A stretch of DNA of 64,000 bases. Origin: an uncultured Candidatus Saccharibacteria bacterium (GTDB lineage: Bacteria; Patescibacteriota; Minisyncoccia; Phycocordibacterales; UBA12088). Shown here piece after piece: positions 45,323 to 55,310 of the stretch. The stretch spans positions 157,851-221,850 of the forward strand of contig CAZHFF010000002.1 in NCBI GenBank assembly GCA_964531785.1, read 5' to 3'. Each line of letters opens with the position of its first letter. The first letter of the stretch is position 1. The notes below the pieces were generated by a model. It searched no databases. It was not told the DNA's origin and saw only the letters and a list, made by a program, of their open reading frames with translations. Position numbers and translations under genes: made by a program.

Positions 45323-46063
45323 ATGAAGCTCATACAGCTCAATGTCGAACGCAGCAAGCATCGCGAGCGGGTACAGGATCTCCTCGCTGCGGAACGTCCC
45401 GATGTCGCCTGTCTCGAAGAGGTCATGGAAAATGACCTCGAAGTACTGTGCGACCGGCTTACCATGCACGCGCTCTTCGCACCCATGACGCGCCTTTCCG
45501 GGTACGAGGTCGAATCGGAAGGTGTGGCCATGGGCGTCGCACTGCTTGCGCGGGAGTCGCTCGTCCTCCGGGGAGAACACTACTATGTGGGAAGTCGAGA
45601 AACGATACCAACCTACCTGAAGAGCGAACCGGATACGCGGAACACCGCGATCTACAAGGTCCTCTTGGTGGGTGAGGTGACGAGCGAACAGGAGCGTTAC
45701 CTGGTAGGTGTGACGCATTTTACCTGGTCACATCAGGGTATCTGTGACGAGGCGCAGCAGCGTACGTGGAATGTGCTCGGACCGCAGATCGCCTCGTATC
45801 CCGCGCTCGTGCTTGCGGGCGATCTCAACATTCCCCGAGCTACGAACGAGCTATACCGCGAGCTGACAGCGCTCATGCGCGACCACGTTCCGCAGGTGAT
45901 CACGAGTACCATGGACCCTGTTCTGCATCGTGCACCGTCCACCGAGCGGCACATGGTCGATTACCTGCTCACCCGCGGTGCGTATGATATCACCGATGTG
46001 CGTATGGTCTGTGGGGTATCCGACCACTGCGCCCTGATCGGGACCGTGCACAAGCGTGCCTGA
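45323..46063 (+). CDS. endonuclease/exonuclease/phosphatase (EEP) family protein
   Basis: MKLIQLNVE...PDVACLEEV...GDLN...SDHCAL. Confidence 0.75.
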   Translation: MKLIQLNVERSKHRERVQDLLAAERPDVACLEEVMENDLEVLCDRLTMHALFAPMTRLSGYEVESEGVAMGVALLARESLVLRGEHYYVGSRETIPTYLKSEPDTRNTAIYKVLLVGEVTSEQERYLVGVTHFTWSHQGICDEAQQRTWNVLGPQIASYPALVLAGDLNIPRATNELYRELTALMRDHVPQVITSTMDPVLHRAPSTERHMVDYLLTRGAYDITDVRMVCGVSDHCALIGTVHKRA

Positions 46064-46096
46064 CAGACTCGTTGCAGTGGGGTATACTGGACCGTG

Positions 46097-46798
46097 ATGA
46101 AACCGGCTTGGCACCATGCCATACTGCCTGCACTTGCACTTACGGTGCTCGCGTTCCCCTACGGAGCGCAGGCGTTCTCTCCCGATGTTGTGGCACGGGC
46201 AGTGCGCGCCTTCTTTCCTGAAGCGCCCCAGATGGTCGCGGTCGCGCGGTGCGAGTCAGGCTTGCGTCAGTATGATGCATCAGGCAGGACGTTGCGGGGT
46301 GGTTGGGGGAACAAGATGATCGGCCTGTTCCAGCTGCATGAAACGTACCACCGCGCGGCGGCACTCGCTCGCGGCTATGATATCGATACGCTCGTGGGGA
46401 ACATACTCTATGCACGCACCCTTTATGCTGCTGAAGGGGTAACACCCTGGAATAGTTCGCGCCACTGCTGGGAACACGCTCCAGAGACCGTCGCACGCGC
46501 TAGCAGCTCGGCTGTTCCTGCGTCCGCGAGCGTCGCTGCCACACCTTCGTCGCTGACCAAAACGCTCCACTTTGGCATGGCAGATCCCGAGGTCCGTGTC
46601 CTCCACGAGCTCCTCGCCAGAGCGGGACACCCGGTCGCTGCCCCCGAAACAGAGAGCATGTACTTCGGAGTGCAGACGTACAAGGCGCTCCATACATTCC
46701 AGTGCGCCCGAGGTATTGCCTGTCTTAGTGTTCCCGAGCTCCGGTCCGGAGCAGGGGTCGTCGACCAGCGCACGAGGGACGTGCTCAGTGCACTTTAG
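46097..46798 (+). CDS. secreted transglycosylase-like (Rpf/lysozyme-like CESG...GLFQ) protein with C-terminal peptidoglycan-binding domain
   Basis: Signal peptide; VARCESGLRQY...IGLFQLHETYH. C-terminus DPEVRVLHELLARAGH...GVQTYKALHTFQCARGI (PG_binding_1-like). Confidence 0.6.
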   Translation: MKPAWHHAILPALALTVLAFPYGAQAFSPDVVARAVRAFFPEAPQMVAVARCESGLRQYDASGRTLRGGWGNKMIGLFQLHETYHRAAALARGYDIDTLVGNILYARTLYAAEGVTPWNSSRHCWEHAPETVARASSSAVPASASVAATPSSLTKTLHFGMADPEVRVLHELLARAGHPVAAPETESMYFGVQTYKALHTFQCARGIACLSVPELRSGAGVVDQRTRDVLSAL

Positions 46799-46854
46799 CG
46801 TGTTGTGCCTTGTGACCACGCCACGCCACCTGGTACACTAAACACTACGTAGCC

Positions 46855-48165
46855 ATGAGCACACAGCGTTACAGCGAAACGGAAGGAGCACCTGCGCGCG
46901 ACTGGAGCGGGGCGATACAGACCCCTCCCGCCCGCGGACAGAGCGCATCACGTGCAACGCAGCCGGTCGATGTATCGCCCGACGCGACGCGACGCATACA
47001 GGAGTTCCTCAATGCAGCGATCGCCAAGAGCGCGTCCGATATCCACATCGAGCCGCGCATGGAATCCCTGCATGTTCGGTTCCGTGTCGATGGCATGCTC
47101 ATCGATTATGCGACGCTGCCGCTCGTCGAGTACGACGCGATCCTGAACGCGTTCAAGGTCCTCGCGGACCTCGACATAGCAACCCGGACGATACCTCAGG
47201 ATGGCCATATCGAGATCGAGGCTGAGCAGGTGGGTGGTGATAATACGGGGTCGAACGCTGGCATGGGCAATCGTCGCTTCTTCGACATCCGTATCTCCAC
47301 GTTCCCGTCGATCAACGGTGAGGTCATCGTCTGTCGTATACTTAACCGTGCGAACACCTTGCGAACGCTCGATGAGCTCGGTATGGATATCGATACGCTC
47401 CAGCGTTTGCGGAGCATGCTGCTCACGAGCTACGGCATGATCCTTATCACAGGCCCGACCGGCCATGGAAAAACGACGACGCTGTACTCGATCATGCAGG
47501 AGCTTCGAAAGGACGGGATCAATATAACGACGCTCGAAGATCCGGTCGAGTTCCACCTCGACTGGCTCCGACAATCGCAGATCAACGAGCCGCGCGGCTT
47601 TACGTTCGAGCGCGCATTGTCCTCGATGATGCGGCAGGATCCTGACGTGCTCATGATCGGCGAGATCCGCAATCCTGAAACGGCAGAGTATGCGGTACGC
47701 ACCGCATTGGTCGGCCGTATCGTCGGTTCGACGATACACGCGCATTCAGCGATCGGTACCATAGCACGTTTGGTCGAAATGGGGGTTCCGAGAAGCACGC
47801 TCGGTCATGCCCTGAACGGCGTTGTTGCGCAACGGTTGGTGAGGAAGCTCTGCGACCGATGCAAAGAACCGTACACCCCGAGCCTTACCCACCTTGCGCA
47901 CTTTGGTCTCAATGAGCGTTCGGGCACGTTCTTCGGAGCACGCGGCTGTAATGAGTGTGACGGAAGCGGCTATGTCGGGCGGACGGGCATCTATTCTGTG
48001 CTCGGTTTTGATGACCAGATCCGGCACATGATCTTTGATGAACGGCCCCTCGAAGAGATACAGCAGACCGCGATCGCGCAGGGTATGAAGACCTTGACCA
48101 TGGACGCGGTCTCTAAGATACTCGGCGGCACTACGACCGTGGAGGAGGCTGCCCGGGTCGTGTAA
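46855..48165 (+). CDS. second GspE/PilB-family secretion ATPase (short form, orphan)
   Basis: SDIHIEPR..., Walker A GPTGHGKTTT, LEDPVEF, GEIRN, tetracysteine CDRC...CNEC. Confidence 0.85.
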   Translation: MSTQRYSETEGAPARDWSGAIQTPPARGQSASRATQPVDVSPDATRRIQEFLNAAIAKSASDIHIEPRMESLHVRFRVDGMLIDYATLPLVEYDAILNAFKVLADLDIATRTIPQDGHIEIEAEQVGGDNTGSNAGMGNRRFFDIRISTFPSINGEVIVCRILNRANTLRTLDELGMDIDTLQRLRSMLLTSYGMILITGPTGHGKTTTLYSIMQELRKDGINITTLEDPVEFHLDWLRQSQINEPRGFTFERALSSMMRQDPDVLMIGEIRNPETAEYAVRTALVGRIVGSTIHAHSAIGTIARLVEMGVPRSTLGHALNGVVAQRLVRKLCDRCKEPYTPSLTHLAHFGLNERSGTFFGARGCNECDGSGYVGRTGIYSVLGFDDQIRHMIFDERPLEEIQQTAIAQGMKTLTMDAVSKILGGTTTVEEAARVV

Positions 48166-48222
48166 CTGGACATTTTCTCAGTGTGTGCCATACTCTATGA
48201 ACGCCAGCGCGCGTTTTTTTAT

Positions 48223-50016
48223 ATGGACATCAGGAACATAGCCATCATTGCCCATGTCGACCACGGGAAGACGACGTTAACGGACGCGATCCTGCGACAA
48301 ACCGGGGCGGTCGGTGACGGTGTCTCGATGGACAGCAATACGCTCGAGCAGGAGCGGGGCATCACTATATATGCGAAGAACGCATCGTGTAGCTATAAGG
48401 GCAGTAAGATAAACATCGTAGATACACCTGGTCACGCTGATTTTGGTTCTGAGGTCGAACGCGTGCTCCGGTCGATCGATTCGGTGCTGCTCGTCGTCGA
48501 TGCGCAAGAGGGACCGATGCCCCAGACCCGTTTCGTACTGAAGAAGTCGCTTGAGCTCGGACACAAGCCGATCGTCATTCTCAATAAGATCGATAAACCG
48601 GCCGCGGATATCGAGCGCACGCACGACCGGGTCTTCGACCTGTTTGCCGAGCTCGGCGCGACCAATGAGCAGCTGGATTTTCCCACGATGCTTGCCATCG
48701 GGCGTGAGGGAATAGCGAAGCGAACCCTCGACGACACATCGACCGACCTTACGCCGCTGCTCGATCTCATCCTCGAGAAAGTCCCCGTTGCTTCGGGTAG
48801 GGACGATGCGTTGCTGCGGGCGCAACCGTTCAACCTGGCCTATGATAATTACCTCGGACGCTTGGGGGTGGTGCGGGTCTATGACGGTGTGCTGCGGCAG
48901 GGTATGGAGCTCATAGGGCAGGGTGGTCTGGGTGTTCACCGTGGCAAGGTCACGAAGCTCTTCACGTTCTCGGGCCTTGCCCGCGTCCCGGTCGAAGAAG
49001 TGCAAGCGGGCGACATCGCGATGCTCGCCGGTCTCCCCAACATCTTCATCGGGGATACGCTCTCGAGCACGTCCGACGTCGAACTGCTCCCGCGTATCGA
49101 GGTGGATGAACCGACGATCGAGCTCTCGTTCCTGGTCAACAACTCTCCATTTGCCGGTCGCGAAGGAAAATATGTCACGAGTCGCCAGCTTCGGGAGCGC
49201 CTGGAGAAGGAACTTGAGGTGAACGTTGGCCTGAAGGTCGAATTCGACCAGGGAGGCGGTGAACGGTTCACGGTCCGCGGGCGTGGGGAGCTCCATATAG
49301 CGATACTCCTCGAGCAGATGCGTCGCGAGGGGTACGAGATGCAGGTATCGCAACCCAAGGTCATCGAGAAACATGAAGGCGGAGTGCGCACGGAGCCGTT
49401 CGAAGAGGTGACCGCAGACGTTCCGCTCGAGTTCCAGGGTGTGGTGATCGAGAAACTCGGGATGCGGGGCGCAGTGCTCGTCTCGATCGAGGAGCACGAA
49501 AACCGGGTCCGTATCCTCATGGAAGGTCCCACCCGCGGGCTCTTGGGTTATCGGAACCAGTTCGTCATGGATACCAAGGGGCAGGGCATACTCGCGACAC
49601 GGTTCGTTGGCTTCAAACCTCATGTCGGCACGATCGACCACCGTGAGGAGGGAAGCATGATCAGCCAGGTCACCGGGAAGACGCTCGCGTTCGCGCTCGA
49701 CAACCTGCAGACGCGCGGGGTGCTCTACCTTGGACCAAATACCGACGTGTACGAGGGTCAGGTGATCGGCAATACGAGCAAGGGTGAGCAGATGACCGTC
49801 AACCCAACGAAAGGGAAGCAGCTCACCAACATGCGCAGTAAAGGTGCTGACGAAGCGATCACCCTCGTTCCGCCACGGCTCCTCACGATCGAGTCCGGGC
49901 TCGAGATCATGGCCGAGGACGAGTACCTGGAGGTCACACCGAGCTCCGTACGACTCAGGAAGCAACACCTGACCGAGCTTGAGCGCGCGAAAGCGAAGCG
50001 TACGGCGGTCGTATAG
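48223..50016 (+). CDS. typA: translational GTPase TypA/BipA
   Basis: [29 protein letters not shown]; EF-G-like domains. Confidence 0.95.
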   Translation: MDIRNIAIIAHVDHGKTTLTDAILRQTGAVGDGVSMDSNTLEQERGITIYAKNASCSYKGSKINIVDTPGHADFGSEVERVLRSIDSVLLVVDAQEGPMPQTRFVLKKSLELGHKPIVILNKIDKPAADIERTHDRVFDLFAELGATNEQLDFPTMLAIGREGIAKRTLDDTSTDLTPLLDLILEKVPVASGRDDALLRAQPFNLAYDNYLGRLGVVRVYDGVLRQGMELIGQGGLGVHRGKVTKLFTFSGLARVPVEEVQAGDIAMLAGLPNIFIGDTLSSTSDVELLPRIEVDEPTIELSFLVNNSPFAGREGKYVTSRQLRERLEKELEVNVGLKVEFDQGGGERFTVRGRGELHIAILLEQMRREGYEMQVSQPKVIEKHEGGVRTEPFEEVTADVPLEFQGVVIEKLGMRGAVLVSIEEHENRVRILMEGPTRGLLGYRNQFVMDTKGQGILATRFVGFKPHVGTIDHREEGSMISQVTGKTLAFALDNLQTRGVLYLGPNTDVYEGQVIGNTSKGEQMTVNPTKGKQLTNMRSKGADEAITLVPPRLLTIESGLEIMAEDEYLEVTPSSVRLRKQHLTELERAKAKRTAVV

Positions 50017-50017
50017 G

Positions 50018-50239
50018 TTAGAGCTTGTCGATGCTCCGGAAGTCCTTCCGGGGAAGGTAGAGGAACAGCAGACCCAGCGCGACACTGAGGAGCGCGGTCT
50101 TCGCAGAGATGCCTCCGAAGATCGCTTGGTCGAATAGGTCGAACATGATCCAGACCCCGCGCCAGACGAGGACGACACCGACCACGGTCGCAAACCGTTC
50201 GAGGAGGTAGCGTTTGCCGCGCTTCATGCGGTGGAACAT
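50018..50239 (-). CDS. small two-TM membrane protein, hypothetical
   Basis: MFHRMKRGKRYLLERFATVVGVVLVW...; minus-strand TAGACT lies 6 nt upstream of the ATG at 50239. Confidence 0.55.
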   Translation of the reverse strand: MFHRMKRGKRYLLERFATVVGVVLVWRGVWIMFDLFDQAIFGGISAKTALLSVALGLLFLYLPRKDFRSIDKL

Positions 50240-50302
50240 ACGCACAGTCTATCACAGTGCACAGCTGGCTCGGCATGGCCTGTCCCATGCTAGTATGAGG
50301 GT

Positions 50303-50710
50303 ATGACCCTCGTCCAGTACGTCTATCTCTACCTCCTCACGGCCCCCGTGTTCTTTGCGATCGACCTTGTATGGCTTGGTCTGGTCGCGCGTGGGTTCTA
50401 CCAGCGTGAGCTCGCCGCGTTCGTTGGCCCAGTCAATTGGACCGCGGCAGTGCTGTTCTACCTCTTGTACATCGTGGGGATCCTGGTGTTCGCCGTCCTC
50501 CCCGGTATACGGGCACAGTCGCTCCTCGTTGCCTGCGCCTACGGTGCGCTCTTCGGGTGTATCGCGTACGCAACCTACGACCTTACGAACCTCGCCACGC
50601 TCAAAGGTTGGCCGCTGAGTGTCACCTTGGTCGACCTTGCATGGGGAACCGTGCTGACCGCTTCCGTCGCGTCGCTTTCGTACCTGTTGGCGGTCCGACT
50701 CGTGCTCTAG
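50303..50710 (+). CDS. DUF2177-like small polytopic membrane protein
   Basis: LTAPVFFAIDLVWLGLVARGFYQRELA... pattern; 4 TM. Confidence 0.6.
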   Translation: MTLVQYVYLYLLTAPVFFAIDLVWLGLVARGFYQRELAAFVGPVNWTAAVLFYLLYIVGILVFAVLPGIRAQSLLVACAYGALFGCIAYATYDLTNLATLKGWPLSVTLVDLAWGTVLTASVASLSYLLAVRLVL

Positions 50711-50711
50711 T

Positions 50712-51491
50712 ATGCTACTCTCCGCAGTCATCGCAGCTCTTCTTGCCGTGTTCGTCTATGTGACGATGTGGTGGTTCGTGTCGCTCGCAGAGAAACGCCT
50801 CGATGTGGCGGATATTGCCTGGGGCTTCGGTATTGCGCTCGTGGCGCTCGTCAGTTTCCTCTTTGCTCCGGTCTACGATGTGCGGCTTCAGCTCATGATG
50901 GGGCTGGTCGTCGTGTGGAGCGCACGGCTCACGCTCCATATCGCAAAACGGCACATGCGCTCGCCCGAGGACGCTCGGTACCGAGCGCTCGCTCGGATGT
51001 GGGGCGCCGGGACACCGCTCGCCTCATACTTCAAGATCTTTCTCTTGCAGGGAAGTCTGATGCTCGTCGTGGGGTACGTGTTCACTCACGCGAGCGTGTT
51101 CGCGGACGGAGCGTTCGGGCCGCTCGCCCTGCTCGGGTTGGTAGTATGGCTCATCGGGTTTACGGTCGAAACGATCGCAGATCGACAGCTACGCATGTTT
51201 CTACGAACGCGCGGGGCGGACGGCCCGCTCATGACGACCGGGCTGTGGCGCTACTCACGTCATCCGAACTACTTTGGCGAGGTCGTGCTCTGGTGGGGCC
51301 TGGGGATCATGGTCCTCTCGCTACCATACGGCTTACTCGGGCTCGTGAGCCCGATCCTGGTGACCTACCTCATCCTGCGTGTTTCCGGAGTTCCGCTCGC
51401 AGAGCGGGAGCTCGCAAGACACCCGGAGTTCGAGTCATATGCGCGGACCACGAGCGTGTTCTTTCCCTTACCACCGAGGGGCGGTGTATAG
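50712..51491 (+). CDS. DUF1295 / steroid 5-alpha-reductase-like membrane protein
   Basis: GLWRYSRHPNYFGEVVLWWG motif. The alternative frame 50768..51523 is Arg-rich nonsense. Confidence 0.7.
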   Translation: MLLSAVIAALLAVFVYVTMWWFVSLAEKRLDVADIAWGFGIALVALVSFLFAPVYDVRLQLMMGLVVVWSARLTLHIAKRHMRSPEDARYRALARMWGAGTPLASYFKIFLLQGSLMLVVGYVFTHASVFADGAFGPLALLGLVVWLIGFTVETIADRQLRMFLRTRGADGPLMTTGLWRYSRHPNYFGEVVLWWGLGIMVLSLPYGLLGLVSPILVTYLILRVSGVPLAERELARHPEFESYARTTSVFFPLPPRGGV

Positions 51492-51544
51492 GGTTGGTTG
51501 TATGCGGACGGCAGGCAGGGTAGCATGTAGGTACGCAGTGGCCC

Positions 51545-51925
51545 ATGTTGAACAAACTTCTCAACCGGTTCAAAAAGATCCTGATCGTCGAGGACGATGT
51601 TGCGCTCAGGTCGGTGCTCGTCGACAAGTTCAGGTCGCGGGGATATAAGGTGGTCGAGGCTGGAGATGCGCGTGAAGCGCTCGCGGTCATGGGCCGGGAG
51701 AAACCACAAGCCGTGGTGCTCGATCTTATTCTGCCGATCAAGGATGGGATATCGCTGCTCGAAGAGCTCCGTGCGACCGGTTTTGTCCAGCCGGTGATCA
51801 TCCTTTCGAACCTGCTCGGTTCCGGTGACCTGCGTGGCGACGCGGAGCGACTCGATGCGAGCTTTTATAACAAATCCGCAACCTCGCTCGATGATATCGT
51901 GCGGGTGGTCGAGGCCAAGCTGTGA
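51545..51925 (+). CDS. stand-alone response-regulator receiver protein 1
   Basis: KKILIVEDDVALRSVL...AVVLDLILPIKDGISLL. Confidence 0.85.
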   Translation: MLNKLLNRFKKILIVEDDVALRSVLVDKFRSRGYKVVEAGDAREALAVMGREKPQAVVLDLILPIKDGISLLEELRATGFVQPVIILSNLLGSGDLRGDAERLDASFYNKSATSLDDIVRVVEAKL

Positions 51926-51928
51926 CGT

Positions 51929-52330
51929 ATGGGATTGCTCGATTTCTTCCAGAAGCCCGCTAAGAAGCTCATTCTGTTGGTCGAGGACGACGTGCCCTTG
52001 CGGCGTTTCATGGCCGATCGGCTCCGTGAGAACGACGTCGATGTGATCGAGACAGGCGATGGCGATGCTGTGCTCAATATCATACGCACGCACCAGCCCG
52101 ATGGTGTCGTCCTTGATATCATGCTTCCCGGCAAGAGCGGTATGCAGATCCTCTCGGAGCTCAGAGAGACCGACAAGGAAACACCGGTCGTGCTGCTCAC
52201 AACGCTCTCAGGCGAAGGGGGCCTGCGTCTAGAGGCGGTGAAGCTCAATGCCGTCTTCCTCAACAAGGCGGACACGTCGCCTGATCGCGTCATCGAGACC
52301 GTGTTACGGCACGTCCTTGCTGAAAGCTAG
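51929..52330 (+). CDS. stand-alone response-regulator receiver protein 2
   Basis: KKLILLVEDDVPLRRFM...GVVLDIMLPGKSGMQIL. Confidence 0.85.
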   Translation: MGLLDFFQKPAKKLILLVEDDVPLRRFMADRLRENDVDVIETGDGDAVLNIIRTHQPDGVVLDIMLPGKSGMQILSELRETDKETPVVLLTTLSGEGGLRLEAVKLNAVFLNKADTSPDRVIETVLRHVLAES

Positions 52331-52331
52331 T

Positions 52332-53018
52332 ATGAGCGATCAGACCGAGCACAGCGTCCTTTTGCTCAAGGTCATCACCCACGACCTGTTATCACCACTC
52401 ACCGCAGCTAAGTGGTATGCAGAACTTCTGACGCAGGGCGGTGTTGCGGCGAGCAAGCACCGGGAGTACCTGCAGGGCATCGCAGATGCTGCGAACCTGG
52501 GAATCTCGATCACGAAGCATGTCCATATTGCCGGCAAGGTGCTCACCCATGCGTACAAGCCAGAGCTATCTTCCCTCATGGTCCCGGCCGAGGTACGCAA
52601 GGCAATACAGGACCTGACCCCCCAGTATGCGCGCCACGGCGTGGCGCTCACCGTGGAGGTCGATGAGGAAGCGCAGGAACGCGTTGCCGATCCCGACCTC
52701 ATTCGCCTCATGGTATGGGCCTGTGCCAAGTACTTCCTCACAGCTGCACCGGCGGGCAGCACGGTCTCGTTCCGTGGTCTTGCGGCGCCTACAGGCGAGG
52801 GCGCCTCGTACACTCTGTTGGTGAGCCTTCCCGGGGTTCCCGATCGCGAGGAGCGCGTCCGTCAGTTCACGAGCCATGAACCTGCAGGGACGCTCGATCA
52901 GGCGTACGTGTTCTCCGAACTCATGCACTCGATAGCCCCGCTCCTGGGGGTTTCGTTGTCACTCGGCAGCCAGGGCACCATGCTTGTTGCCGAAGTGGCG
53001 TTTCCGGCAGCGTACTGA
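52332..53018 (+). CDS. soluble histidine-kinase-like protein with an H-box but a degenerate ATP-binding domain (possible Spo0B/ChpT-type phosphotransferase)
   Basis: VITHDLLSPLTAAKWYAELL (HisKA-like). The C-terminal alpha/beta region lacks recognisable N, G1 (DxGxG) and G2 (GxGLGL) boxes. No TM. Confidence 0.6.
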   Translation: MSDQTEHSVLLLKVITHDLLSPLTAAKWYAELLTQGGVAASKHREYLQGIADAANLGISITKHVHIAGKVLTHAYKPELSSLMVPAEVRKAIQDLTPQYARHGVALTVEVDEEAQERVADPDLIRLMVWACAKYFLTAAPAGSTVSFRGLAAPTGEGASYTLLVSLPGVPDREERVRQFTSHEPAGTLDQAYVFSELMHSIAPLLGVSLSLGSQGTMLVAEVAFPAAY

Positions 53019-53068
53019 CCTGTGCACACCGGCCACAAAGGTCGTCCGTTCTCGAGTATACTGGTCGT

Positions 53069-54637
53069 ATGAGGCGGTATGTCATCGGAGCGTTCGGTGT
53101 CGTTGCGGTCGGTGTCTTAGGGTACCTGGCGTTCTTTCGGAACGAGGAGTCTGCGGCCATGGAGGTGAGCCCCGTCGTTCGCGCGACCGTGCTGCACGTC
53201 GTGAACGTGACCGGCCATGCGGAGCCGATAGAACGGGTCCAGCTTGGTTTTGCGCAGGGAGGCAGGATCAGTCTGCTTCAGGCCAGTGAAGGTGATCGTG
53301 TTGCGGTCGGCGAACTGCTCGGCGCTCTTGAGGGTGGACAGGCACAAGCGCTTGTTGCAGAGGCGGCTGCGCGTGAGGCGCGCGAACGAGCGCTCCTCGA
53401 AGAGGTGATCGCTCCGGCGCGGAGCGTCGATGTTGCGGTCGTGCAGGCCGGGCGAACCCAGGCAAGGACCGCTTTTGCACAGGCAGAACAGAGCGCACGA
53501 ACAGCGCTCGCGCGTGCTCATACGCTTGCCGACGACGCGGTGCGAGAGAAGCTGGACGAACTGTTCCCAGGCGCGGAACACGAGGATTATAGCTTCGGCG
53601 TCCAGTTCGAGTCGGGCACGTCGCTCTATACGTTGACCGCGCTCCGTGAGGCACGCGTGGAGCTCTATGAAGGACGAGCGGCTGCAGAGGTATCACTCAC
53701 CACACTTCGGGAAAGTGCGCGCGCAGAAGCTGACCTCGAAGCGACGCTTTCCCGCGCGCAAGGCGCGCTCGAGTCACTGACCCTGTTCGCCGACCGGGTG
53801 GCGCTTGCGGTCAATCGGTACATCGCATCTGACGCATCCACACAGGCGATCTATACGAGTTACCGGAGTAGGGTGGCCGCAGCGCGTACCGCGCTCTCGA
53901 GCGCACGTGCGGACCTGGTCGCGGCACAGACCACCCTGGTCACGGCAAAAGCGGCGGAACGAGCGGCTGATCGGTCGGTCGAGCAAGTGCTCGGGGCCCC
54001 CAAACAGGCGACCGTAGCGACGGCCGAAGCGTCGCTCCGTGCGGTGCGTGCTGCAGGAGAGACCGCGTCGGCGCTCTTGCGGGAGCGGCATCTCTACAGT
54101 CCACTGCATGGCGTCGTCGGCAAGGTGCTGCGAAAGAAAGGAGAGCTGGTCGGTCCCTATGAACCGGTGCTCGAGATCGTCAATGTGTCCGGCTTTGAAC
54201 TGCTTGCGTACGTGCCTGAGGCCGATATCGCTCGGGTCAAGCTCGGCGACCGAGCGAAGGTCACGTTCGATGCGTTCGGCAATGCGTCGGTGTTCGAGGC
54301 CGAGGTCGTCCGTATCGCCGAGAGCGAAACGTACCGCGAAGGTGTGCCGACGTACAAGACGACGCTCGCGTTTCTAACCCGGCCGTACGACGAGCTCGTG
54401 GTGCGTCCCGGCATGACCGCTGATATCGACATCGAGACTGCGCGTGTCGCTGATGTCCTTGCGGTTCCGAGCCGGAGCGTGCTCTGGCGCGATGGTCAGA
54501 GCGTAGTTCGGGTGGCTGTGGGTCGCGGGTACGAAGAGCGTGCGGTGGAGGTCGGTCTGCGCGGTTCCGAGGGCCTTACCGAGCTTAGAAAAGGGGTGGT
54601 CCTCGGCGAGGATATCGTGCTCTACGTCGACGAATAG
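53069..54637 (+). CDS. HlyD/MacA-family periplasmic adaptor with long coiled coil
   Basis: N-terminal TM, Ala/Arg/Glu-rich coiled hairpin, beta-barrel region SPLHGVVGKV...VRPGMTADIDI. Confidence 0.8.
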   Translation: MRRYVIGAFGVVAVGVLGYLAFFRNEESAAMEVSPVVRATVLHVVNVTGHAEPIERVQLGFAQGGRISLLQASEGDRVAVGELLGALEGGQAQALVAEAAAREARERALLEEVIAPARSVDVAVVQAGRTQARTAFAQAEQSARTALARAHTLADDAVREKLDELFPGAEHEDYSFGVQFESGTSLYTLTALREARVELYEGRAAAEVSLTTLRESARAEADLEATLSRAQGALESLTLFADRVALAVNRYIASDASTQAIYTSYRSRVAAARTALSSARADLVAAQTTLVTAKAAERAADRSVEQVLGAPKQATVATAEASLRAVRAAGETASALLRERHLYSPLHGVVGKVLRKKGELVGPYEPVLEIVNVSGFELLAYVPEADIARVKLGDRAKVTFDAFGNASVFEAEVVRIAESETYREGVPTYKTTLAFLTRPYDELVVRPGMTADIDIETARVADVLAVPSRSVLWRDGQSVVRVAVGRGYEERAVEVGLRGSEGLTELRKGVVLGEDIVLYVDE

Positions 54638-54638
54638 C

Positions 54639-55310
54639 ATGTTGATCGAAGCTTCACAGCTTGCCAAGACCTATGCGGACGGCACAAGGGCACTCCGGGA
54701 AGCAACGTTCTCGATCCAGGCGGGGGAGTTCGTCGCGATCATGGGTCCCTCCGGTTCGGGCAAGTCGACCCTGCTCCACATCTTGGGGTTTCTTGACCCT
54801 CAAACCTCCGGTACCTACCGTTTCGAGGGCGCGACCTGGGAGAGCATGGGTCCTTATGAGCTCGCGCGCCTCAGGAACGAAGCGCTCGGCTTCGTGTTCC
54901 AACAGTTCAACCTGCTGCCCCGCGAGAGCGTGCTCGAGAACATCTACCTTCCCCTGTACTACTCGAGCGTGCCGGCCAAAGCGTGGACCAAGCGTGCTGA
55001 GCAGGCTGCTGGTGCGGTCGGGCTATCCCATCGGCTCCACCATGCGGCACACCTGCTCTCGGGTGGCGAAAAACAGCGCGTGGCGATCGCGCGTGCGCTC
55101 ATCAATGACCCCAAGGTCATCTTTGCCGACGAACCGACCGGGAACCTGGACAGTGCAGCGGGAGAGTCCGTGATGGACATCCTCGGCACGCTGAACCGAG
55201 CGGGTCATACGATCGTGCTCATAACCCACGACGAGGATATTGCCCGGCGGGCGCGCAGGAAGATAGCGATACGGGACGGCGTCGTGGTGACCGACAGCGA
55301 AGAACTATGA
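54639..55310 (+). CDS. ABC transporter ATP-binding protein (MacB/LolD type)
   Basis: [39 protein letters not shown] 54639 lies 1 nt after the adaptor stop. Confidence 0.9.
   Translation: MLIEASQLAKTYADGTRALREATFSIQAGEFVAIMGPSGSGKSTLLHILGFLDPQTSGTYRFEGATWESMGPYELARLRNEALGFVFQQFNLLPRESVLENIYLPLYYSSVPAKAWTKRAEQAAGAVGLSHRLHHAAHLLSGGEKQRVAIARALINDPKVIFADEPTGNLDSAAGESVMDILGTLNRAGHTIVLITHDEDIARRARRKIAIRDGVVVTDSEEL

Noticed and set aside
48277-50193. 638-aa ORF on the minus strand
   Set aside because: It is antisense to typA/BipA, whose GTPase motifs are unambiguous. The translation is Arg/Leu/Asp-rich with no motifs. This is the typical long shadow ORF of GC-rich DNA.
50768-51523. 251-aa alternative + frame ORF
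   Set aside because: It overlaps the DUF1295-type gene (50712-51491), which carries the RHPNYFGE motif. The alternative frame is Arg/Ala-rich with no hydrophobic segments.
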